Below are positions 1-5,480 of a DNA stretch of 5,480 nt, one piece after another. Each line of letters begins with the position of its first letter. Within the stretch, counting starts at the first letter, position 1. The notes under the pieces are model-generated. The model worked only from the letters and a program-made list of their open reading frames with translations. It did not search any database and was not told the origin of the DNA. Source of the stretch: a virus (taxonomy: Duplodnaviria > Heunggongvirae > Uroviricota > Caudoviricetes). Location: the IMG/VR virus record IMGVR_UViG_2671180427_000005; one strand, given 5' to 3'. Position numbers and translations under genes: made by a program.

Positions 1-294
1 GCAGCCGGTGGTTTTTCTGCCACCACGATGCTGTTTTCACTGGGGGCCAGCATGATACTGGGTGGTGTGGCTCAGATGCTTGCCCCGAAGGCTAAAGTAC
101 CGGAGTACAAAAGCACGGATAACGGTAAACAGAACACGTACTTTTCCTCGCTGGATAACATGATTGCCCAGGGGAACCCGATGCCGGTGCCTTACGGTGA
201 AATGCTGGTTGGCTCCCGGCGAATCTCTCAGGACATCAGTACCCGTGATGAAGGCGGTGGCGGGAAGGTCGTGGTTATCGGGCGGCAGAGGTAA
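1..294 (+). CDS. I: Tail assembly protein I, C-terminal part (5' end lies upstream of the window)
   Basis: Frame 1 is open from base 1 to TAA at 292-294. The translation (...MLFSLGASMILGGVAQMLAPKAKVPEYKSTDNGKQNTYFSSLDNMIAQGNPMPVPYGEMLVGSRRISQDISTRDEGGGGKVVVIGRQR) closely matches the C-terminus of lambda gpI as I recall it. Its position directly upstream of J fits lambda gene order. Confidence 0.85.
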   Translation, partial: AAGGFSATTMLFSLGASMILGGVAQMLAPKAKVPEYKSTDNGKQNTYFSSLDNMIAQGNPMPVPYGEMLVGSRRISQDISTRDEGGGGKVVVIGRQR

Positions 295-334
295 AAAGAA
301 TAAAAAAATCCCGCAGTGTTGCGGAGCTGCGGGA
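295..334 (-). terminator. Intrinsic (rho-independent) terminator for leftward transcription
   Basis: Inverted repeat CCCGCAG (310-316) / CTGCGGG (327-333), extendable to 8 bp with T309/A334, around a 10-nt loop. On the minus strand the stem is followed by UUUUUUUAUUCUUUUU (complement of 295-308). On the plus strand the stem is followed by GAGTTACG, so it is unidirectional (leftward). Confidence 0.5.
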
Positions 335-393
335 GAGTTACGAAGATTAACTATAGAGAATTATTCTTATGTCACGACAAAAAACATTAACGC
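301..393 (-). ncRNA. Candidate small non-coding RNA (about 90-95 nt) in the I-J spacer; hypothetical
   Basis: Bounded by a candidate minus-strand promoter (400-427, predicted start near 393) and the minus-strand terminator (295-334). No ORF longer than 12 codons with a ribosome-binding site on either strand. Predicted RNA: 5'-GCGUUAAUGUUUUUUGUCGUGACAUAAGAAUAAUUCUCUAUAGUUAAUCUUCGUAACUCUCCCGCAGCUCCGCAACACUGCGGGAUUUUUUUAU-3'. Boundaries are inferred, not measured. Confidence 0.3.
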
Positions 394-399
394 AGAGAA

Positions 400-460
400 A
401 TTATTAGCGCCACAGTCAGTTTGTGAAAATGTGAAGATATTCAGAATTTTTATTCAGTCA
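400..460 (-). promoter_or_regulatory. Candidate sigma70 promoter on the minus strand with upstream A/T-rich tract
   Basis: Read on the minus strand: -35 TTCACA (complement of 422-427, 5/6 to TTGACA), 16-bp spacer, -10 AATAAT (complement of 400-405, 5/6 to TATAAT). An A/T-rich UP-like tract lies upstream (complement of 441-460, TGACTGAATAAAAATTCTGA). No equally good hexamer pair was found on the plus strand in 295-465. Confidence 0.35.
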
Positions 461-464
461 TGAT

Positions 465-496
465 ACAGGCATCCTCCGGGATGCCTGTTGTTTTTG
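465..496 (+). terminator. Intrinsic terminator for rightward transcription, 34 bp upstream of the J start
   Basis: Perfect 9-bp stem CAGGCATCC (466-474) / GGATGCCTG (479-487) with tetraloop TCCG, followed by TTGTTTTTG (488-496). The minus-strand reading has no U-tract after the stem, so it is unidirectional (rightward). Confidence 0.6.
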
Positions 497-529
497 TGCG
501 TAACAGTTATCACAGTAAAGGGTGAGACA

Positions 530-3500
530 ATGGGCAAAGGTGGCGGCAAGGCGCACACGCCGGTAGAGGCAAAGGACAATCTTAAGTCCACGCAGATGAT
601 GAGCGTGATTGATGCCATTGGTGAAGGGCCGATTGAAGGTCCGGTGAAGGGGCTGCAGAGTATCCTGGTGAACAAAACCCCGCTGACGGACACGGACGGC
701 AATCCTGTGATACATGGTGTGACAGCGGTCTGGCGCGCCGGGGAGCAGGAGCAGACACCACCTGAAGGCTTTGAGTCCTCCGGGGCGGAAACCGCACTGG
801 GCGTGGAAGTGACGAAGGTAAAGCCGGTGACGCGCACCATTACGTCCGCGAACATTGACCGCCTGCGGGTCACCTTCGGGGTGCAGTCACTGTTGGAGAC
901 CACCTCAAAGGGCGACCGTAATCCCTCTTCTGTCCGACTGCTGATTCAGTTGCAGCGTAACGGTAACTGGGTGACGGAAAAGGATGTCACCATTAACGGC
1001 AAGACCACCTCACAGTACCTGGCGTCGGTGATTCTGGAGAATCTGCCTGAGCGGCCCTTTAACATCCGGATGGTCCGGGAGACAGCGGACAACACCTCGG
1101 ACCAGCTGCAGAATAAGACGCTCTGGTCGTCATACACCGAAATCATCGATGTGAAACAGTGCTACCCGAACACGGCGATTGTGGGGTTGCAGGTGGATGC
1201 GGAGCAGTTTGGCGGTCAGCAGATGACGGTGAACTACCATATCCGCGGTCGCATCATCCAGGTACCGTCAAACTATGACCCGGAAAAACGCACGTACAGC
1301 GGCATCTGGGACGGCAGCCTGAAACCGGCATACAGCAACAACCCGGCCTGGTGCCTGTGGGACATGCTGACTCACCCGCGCTACGGCATGGGAAAACGTC
1401 TGGGGGCGGCAGACGTGGACAAATGGGCGCTGTATGCCATTGCGCAGTACTGCGACCAGACGGTCCCGGATGGTTTCGGAGGGACAGAGCCGCGGATGAC
1501 CTTTAATGCGTACCTGTCACAACAGCGTAAGGCGTGGGACGTTCTCAGTGATTTCTGCTCGGCGATGCGCTGTATGCCGGTATGGAACGGCCAGACGCTG
1601 ACGTTCGTTCAGGACCGCCCGTCGGATGTGGTGTGGCCGTACACCAACTGCGATGTGGTGGTGGATGATAACGGCGTGGGGTTTCGCTACAGCTTCAGCG
1701 CCCTGAAGGACCGCCACACGGCGGTGGAGGTGAATTACACCGACCCGCAGAACGGCTGGCAGACCTCCACGGAACTGGTGGAAGACCCGGAAGCCATACT
1801 GCGCTACGGGCGCAACCTGCTGAAGATGGATGCGTTCGGTTGCACCAGTCGCGGTCAGGCCCACCGTGCCGGGCTGTGGGTGATAAAGACCGGACTGCTG
1901 GAAACGCAGACGGTGGATTTCACGCTCGGGTCACAGGGGCTGCGTCACACACCCGGTGACATTATTGAAATCTGTGATAACGACTATGCCGGGACCATGA
2001 CCGGCGGACGTATCCTGTCCATCGATGCCGCCAGCCGCACCCTGACACTGGACCGTGAGGTGACCCTGCCGGAGACAGGTGCCGCCACGGTGAACCTGAT
2101 TAACGGCAGCGGTAAGCCGGTGAGCGTGGCCATCACTGCACACCCCGCGCCGGACCGGATACAGGTCAGCACCCTGCCTGATGGTGTGGAGACATACGGT
2201 GTATGGGGGCTCTCCCTGCCGTCACTGCGTCGTCGCCTGTTCCGCTGTGTCTCCATCCGGGAAAACACGGACGGCACCTTTGCCATCACGGCGGTGCAGC
2301 ACGTACCGGAAAAAGAAGCCATCGTGGATAACGGGGCCAGCTTTGAGCCGCAGTCAGGCACCCTGAACAGCGTTATTCCACCGGCAGTGCAGCACCTGAC
2401 GGTGGAGGTGAGCGCGGCTGACGGTCAGTATCTGGCACAGGCGAAATGGGACACGCCGCGGGTGGTGAAGGGTGTGCGCTTCAGTCTGCGCCTGACCAGT
2501 GGAAGCGGTGAAAACAGCCGCCTGGTGACCACCGCCATCACCGCAGACACGGCGCACCGTTTCAGTGGCCTGCCGCTCGGGGAATACACCCTGACAGTCA
2601 GGGCAATTAACAGTTATGGCCAGCAGGGCGAACCGGCCACCACCACCTTCCGGATTAACGCGCCAGCAAAACCCGCCACCATTGAACTGACGCCGGGGTA
2701 TTTTCAGATAACGGCGGTCCCGCGTCTTGCGGTGTATGACCCGACGGTACAGTTTGAGTTCTGGTTTTCGGAGACAAAAATCGCAGACACATCTCAGGTG
2801 GAAACCTCTGCCCGTTATCTGGGGACCGGCAGTCAGTGGAGTGTATCCGGCCCGCACATTAAGCCCGGGAAGGATTTCTGGTTTTACGTGCGCAGCGTCA
2901 ACCTGGTGGGGAAATCTGCGTTTGTGGAAGCCAGTGGCCGGGCCAGCAATGATGCAGAAGGGTATCTGGGGCTGTTTCGGGAAAAAATAGGAAAACTGCA
3001 TCTGGCTCAGGGGCTGTGGGAGCTGATAGACAACAGCCAGCTTGCGGATGAGATGGCGGAGATGAAGACCACCATCACCGAAACCCGCAATGAAATCACA
3101 CAGACGGTCAACAAAACACTGGAGAACCAGAGCGCCACCATACAGCAGATACAGCGCGTGCAGAAGGACACAAATGATGACCTGGCTGCACTTTACATGC
3201 TGAAGGTACAGAAAACAAAAAATGGCATACCCTATGTTGCCGGTATTGGAGCGGGGATTGAGGATACTGATGGCCAGCCACTGAGCAACATACTGCTGCT
3301 GGCTGACTGTATCGCGATGATAAATCCGGAGAGCGGCAACAGCACTCCGTTATTTGTGGCGCAGGGGAATCAGCTGTTCATGAACGACGTGTTCCTGAAA
3401 CGACTGTTTGCGGTGAGCATCACCTCGTCCGGCAATCCCCCAGCATTTTCCCTGACGCCGGAAGGAAAGCTGACGGCAAGGAACGCGGATATCAGCGGAG

Positions 3501-4006
3501 CAATTACCGCGAATACCGGCACGCTCAATAATGTCACCATTAACGAGAACTGTGTCATCAGAGGGAAACTGTCTGCAAACCAGATTGAAGGCGACCTGGT
3601 GAAGACGGTGGGGAAAGCCTTTCCCCGGAATAACAGTTATGCCAGCGGTACGGTAACCGTCACAGTTTACGATGACCATGGCTTCGACCGGCAGATTATC
3701 ATTCCCCCGGTGCTGTTTCGCGGGACGAAACACCAGAATTTCAACAGCCCGAATCAGCAGTCGTACTGGTATTCCACCTGTAAGCTACAGGTGCTGAAGA
3801 ACGGGGTTGAGATTTTCCATGAACCGGCAACGGATGTCAGCCGGGTGTTCTCATCGGTGATAGATATGCCGGCAGGGCGGGGTCATGTCACCCTGACGTT
3901 TAATGTGTCGTCGGCCGGTGCGAACAACTGGACGCCGACAACGTACATCAGTGATTTACTGGTTGTGGTCATGAAAAAATCCACGGCAGGGATCAGTATC
4001 AGCTGA
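530..4006 (+). CDS. J: Host specificity protein J (tail tip / central tail fibre), 1158 aa
   Basis: ATG at 530 preceded by a Shine-Dalgarno-like AAGGGTGAG (518-526); stop TGA 4004-4006. The N-terminus [39 protein letters not shown]... matches lambda gpJ ([22 protein letters not shown]...) as recalled. There is long collinear similarity including fibronectin-III-like repeats (about 2380-2940) and the conserved ...[19 protein letters not shown]... C-terminal block. The track's TTG at 488 is an upstream in-frame artefact that begins inside the terminator hairpin. Confidence 0.95.
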   Translation: MGKGGGKAHTPVEAKDNLKSTQMMSVIDAIGEGPIEGPVKGLQSILVNKTPLTDTDGNPVIHGVTAVWRAGEQEQTPPEGFESSGAETALGVEVTKVKPVTRTITSANIDRLRVTFGVQSLLETTSKGDRNPSSVRLLIQLQRNGNWVTEKDVTINGKTTSQYLASVILENLPERPFNIRMVRETADNTSDQLQNKTLWSSYTEIIDVKQCYPNTAIVGLQVDAEQFGGQQMTVNYHIRGRIIQVPSNYDPEKRTYSGIWDGSLKPAYSNNPAWCLWDMLTHPRYGMGKRLGAADVDKWALYAIAQYCDQTVPDGFGGTEPRMTFNAYLSQQRKAWDVLSDFCSAMRCMPVWNGQTLTFVQDRPSDVVWPYTNCDVVVDDNGVGFRYSFSALKDRHTAVEVNYTDPQNGWQTSTELVEDPEAILRYGRNLLKMDAFGCTSRGQAHRAGLWVIKTGLLETQTVDFTLGSQGLRHTPGDIIEICDNDYAGTMTGGRILSIDAASRTLTLDREVTLPETGAATVNLINGSGKPVSVAITAHPAPDRIQVSTLPDGVETYGVWGLSLPSLRRRLFRCVSIRENTDGTFAITAVQHVPEKEAIVDNGASFEPQSGTLNSVIPPAVQHLTVEVSAADGQYLAQAKWDTPRVVKGVRFSLRLTSGSGENSRLVTTAITADTAHRFSGLPLGEYTLTVRAINSYGQQGEPATTTFRINAPAKPATIELTPGYFQITAVPRLAVYDPTVQFEFWFSETKIADTSQVETSARYLGTGSQWSVSGPHIKPGKDFWFYVRSVNLVGKSAFVEASGRASNDAEGYLGLFREKIGKLHLAQGLWELIDNSQLADEMAEMKTTITETRNEITQTVNKTLENQSATIQQIQRVQKDTNDDLAALYMLKVQKTKNGIPYVAGIGAGIEDTDGQPLSNILLLADCIAMINPESGNSTPLFVAQGNQLFMNDVFLKRLFAVSITSSGNPPAFSLTPEGKLTARNADISGAITANTGTLNNVTINENCVIRGKLSANQIEGDLVKTVGKAFPRNNSYASGTVTVTVYDDHGFDRQIIIPPVLFRGTKHQNFNSPNQQSYWYSTCKLQVLKNGVEIFHEPATDVSRVFSSVIDMPAGRGHVTLTFNVSSAGANNWTPTTYISDLLVVVMKKSTAGISIS

Positions 4007-4025
4007 CGGTTTATTAACCCGGACG

Positions 4026-4049
4026 GGCACCTCAGGAGGTGCCTTTTTT
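4026..4049 (+). terminator. Intrinsic terminator downstream of J
   Basis: 7-bp stem GGCACCT (4026-4032) / AGGTGCC (4037-4043), loop CAGG, followed by TTTTTT (4044-4049). It starts 20 bp after the J stop. Confidence 0.7.
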
Positions 4050-4074
4050 ATTGACTGAAAACAAAGAGGTAATC

Positions 4075-4698
4075 ATGCGGCATTTATACGCAACGATATT
4101 ATTGTTTACTACCCTGCTGGCAGGAATTGCCTTTCCTGCACAGGCTGAAAGCGGACACGGTGCATTTTCCGTGGGATATGCTCAGGTTCACCCGGGCGGC
4201 GTACCGGCATTGTCCGGTACCGGTGCGCGTGCAGGTGATTTAAAAGGGATTAATGTGAAATACCGTTATGAGTTCACGGATCACCTGGGCGGCATTGTCG
4301 CGCTGAGTTATGCATCGGTGAAGAAAAGTGACACGATGCAGACGGGTGAAAATACCTTCCATTATGAAAGCCTGCGCGGTCGTTATGTCAGTCTGATGGC
4401 CGGCCCTGTCTGGCAGCTCAGTGAGCGGGTCAGTCTCTATGGCATGGCCGGGATGGCGTACACCCGCTGGTCTGACAGTGTTCAGGATTACCGGCGTGAT
4501 GAAGTGAAACCGGGGTATGTGAAGGAGACCACCACCGCCAGTGATGGTCATACTGCGCGTCATCTGTCGCCGGCCTGGAATGCCGGGATTCAGTTCAGTC
4601 CCGTAGAGACGGTGGTTATTGACCTTGCTTATGAAGGTTCCGGCAGTGGCGACTGGCGCACTGACGGGTTCATCGTGGGTGTTGGCTATAAATTCTGA
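4075..4698 (+). CDS. lom: Lom outer-membrane protein (Ail/Lom/PagC/OmpX family 8-stranded beta-barrel), 207 aa; prophage moron
   Basis: ATG at 4075 with Shine-Dalgarno AAGAGG (4064-4069) 5 nt upstream; stop TGA 4696-4698. Predicted signal peptide MRHLYATILLFTTLLAGIAFPAQA with cleavage after AQA. The mature protein is collinear with lambda Lom (conserved GINVKYRYE, FHYESLRGRYVS, AYEGSGSGDWRTDGFIVGVGYKF with C-terminal Phe). The track's GTG at 4039 lies inside the J terminator hairpin and is rejected. Confidence 0.9.
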   Translation: MRHLYATILLFTTLLAGIAFPAQAESGHGAFSVGYAQVHPGGVPALSGTGARAGDLKGINVKYRYEFTDHLGGIVALSYASVKKSDTMQTGENTFHYESLRGRYVSLMAGPVWQLSERVSLYGMAGMAYTRWSDSVQDYRRDEVKPGYVKETTTASDGHTARHLSPAWNAGIQFSPVETVVIDLAYEGSGSGDWRTDGFIVGVGYKF

Positions 4699-4724
4699 TT
4701 AGCCAGGTAACACAGTGTTATGAC

Positions 4725-4751
4725 AGCCAGCCGATTCAGGCGGGCTTTTTT
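4725..4751 (+). terminator. Probable intrinsic terminator downstream of lom
   Basis: Imperfect stem AGCCAGCC (4725-4732) / GGCGGGCT (4739-4746) with one A-G mismatch and loop GATTCA, followed by TTTTTT (4746-4751). Weaker than the other hairpins. Confidence 0.5.
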
Positions 4752-4762
4752 GTGGGGTGAAT

Positions 4763-5480
4763 ATGGCAGTAAAGATTTCAGGTGTACTGAAAGACGGTAC
4801 AGGAAAACCGGTAGAGAACTGCACCATTCAACTGAAAGCCAGACGGACCAGCAGCACGGTGGTGGTGAACACGGTGGCCTCTGAAAATCCGGATGAAGCC
4901 GGTCGTTACAGCATGGACGTTGAGTACGGTCAGTACAGCGTCATTCTGTTGGTGGAAGGATTCCCGCCATCACATGCCGGAACAATCACAGTGTATGAAG
5001 ATTCTCAACCCGGTACGCTGAATGATTTTCTCGGTGCCATGTCGGAGGATGACGTCCGGCCGGAGGCACTGCGTCGTTTTGAACTGATGGTGGAAGAAGC
5101 GGCGCGTAACGCAGAGGAGGCGAAGAAGAATGCCGGAGAGGCGGAGACATCAGCGAGGAATGCCGGCATATCAGCCAGTCAGGCAGAAGAGAGCGCTGCA
5201 AATGCTGACACTTCAGCAGGGGATGCATCGGAGTCAGCCCGGCAGGCGGCAGAAAGTGCAGCCGCTGCAAAGCAGTCAGAGGAGGCGTCCTCGTCCTCGG
5301 CCTCTGCGGCCGCTCAAAAAGCCAGTGAGTCATCACAAAGTGCAGCAGATGCTGAATTGTCAAGAAAGACGGCAGAAAGTGCAGCCGGTAATGCAGCCAG
5401 GGATGCAACGACCGCAACAGAAAAAGCCCGGGAGTCAGCAGAAAGCGCACAGTCAGCGGAACAAAGCAGGATAGCGGCGG
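4763..5480 (+). CDS. stf: Side tail fibre protein Stf, N-terminal part (continues beyond the window's 3' edge)
   Basis: ATG at 4763; frame 2 is open to the end of the window (last complete codon ends at 5479). It is missing from the ORF track only because it has no stop in the window. Translation MAVKISGVLKDGTGKPVENCTIQLKARRTSSTVVVNTVASENPDEAGRYSMDVEYGQYSVILLVEGFPPSHAGTITVYEDSQPGTLNDFLGAM... matches the conserved N-terminus of lambda Stf (orf-401) as recalled, followed by an Ala/Ser/Glu-rich low-complexity region. Confidence 0.85.
   Translation, partial: MAVKISGVLKDGTGKPVENCTIQLKARRTSSTVVVNTVASENPDEAGRYSMDVEYGQYSVILLVEGFPPSHAGTITVYEDSQPGTLNDFLGAMSEDDVRPEALRRFELMVEEAARNAEEAKKNAGEAETSARNAGISASQAEESAANADTSAGDASESARQAAESAAAAKQSEEASSSSASAAAQKASESSQSAADAELSRKTAESAAGNAARDATTATEKARESAESAQSAEQSRIAA

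Noticed and set aside
369-407. 12-codon ORF (MSRQKTLTQRNY) in the spacer, considered as a possible type I toxin peptide
   Set aside because: No Shine-Dalgarno sequence upstream, and the peptide is hydrophilic and basic rather than a hydrophobic membrane peptide. Other spacer ORFs on either strand are 6 codons or fewer.
164-463. 99-aa plus-strand ORF in frame 2 that overlaps the 3' end of I and stays open across the AT-rich spacer
   Set aside because: It overlaps I out of frame. Its only ATG is inside I, and within the spacer there is no start codon with a ribosome-binding site. The spacer portion translates to a Lys/Asn/Ile-rich string typical of AT-rich non-coding DNA. An open frame across an AT-rich spacer is mildly unusual, but not evidence of a gene.
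295-465. A plus-strand promoter that would drive a rightward small RNA ending at the 465-496 terminator
   Set aside because: No -35/-10 pair with acceptable spacing was found. The best candidate is an extended -10-like TGtGAAAAT (422-430) with a poor -35, giving only about a 58-nt RNA that is mostly the terminator hairpin. Kept open as an alternative but not called as a feature.
454-3733. Ten minus-strand ORFs (454-903, 458-715, 582-797, 946-1146, 1517-1864, 1931-2143, 1984-2361, 2354-3001, 3350-3733, 3370-3558) and two alternative-frame plus-strand ORFs (2181-2366, 2727-2990) inside J
   Set aside because: All lie entirely within the well-supported J reading frame. Their translations are Arg/Pro/Cys/His-rich with no recognisable domain, as expected for antisense or off-frame reading of GC-rich coding DNA.
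4051-4079. TTGACT at 4051-4056 as a possible -35 element for a lom promoter
   Set aside because: It lies only 18 bp before the lom ATG. At 16-18 bp spacing there is no -10-like hexamer, and a transcript from here would have almost no leader. More likely a chance match just after the J terminator T-run.
4240-4563. 107-aa minus-strand ORF inside lom
   Set aside because: Antisense to a conserved, well-supported gene; no ribosome-binding site; junk-like composition.
4986-5474. 154-aa minus-strand ORF (4986-5450) and 114-aa plus-strand frame-3 ORF (5130-5474) at the 3' end of the window
   Set aside because: Both overlap the stf frame, which is open to the window edge and matches lambda Stf. They arise from the GCN/GAG/AGC-rich repetitive codons of the Ala/Ser/Glu-rich region and translate to Pro/Arg/Gln/Leu-rich nonsense.
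1-5480. Scan for tRNA or rRNA genes, CRISPR repeats, IS or transposon terminal inverted repeats, integrase or attachment sites, or defence-system genes
   Set aside because: None seen. All coding capacity is accounted for by I, J, lom and stf, and the only sizeable non-coding interval is the I-J spacer described above.

Overview
This window is the distal tail module of a lambda-like (lambdoid) enterobacterial prophage, all on the + strand: the 3' end of tail assembly gene I (1-294), a 235-bp AT-rich non-coding spacer (295-529), the complete host-specificity/tail-tip gene J (530-4006, 1158 aa), the outer-membrane moron lom (4075-4698, 207 aa) and the 5' part of side tail fibre gene stf (4763 to the window edge). 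Identifications rest on my recall of the lambda I, J, Lom and Stf proteins and were not checked against a database. The only structure the gene models do not explain is the I-J spacer. It has no credible ORF but contains a leftward sigma70-like promoter, a leftward intrinsic terminator with a long U-tract, and a rightward terminator just before J. I read this as a candidate small-RNA moron; it is unproven. J also shows a compositional shift and a divergent 3' third, consistent with a mosaic host-range region. No tRNA, rRNA, CRISPR, IS element or defence system is visible. All other ORFs in the six-frame track are alternative-frame or antisense artefacts inside I, J, lom or stf.
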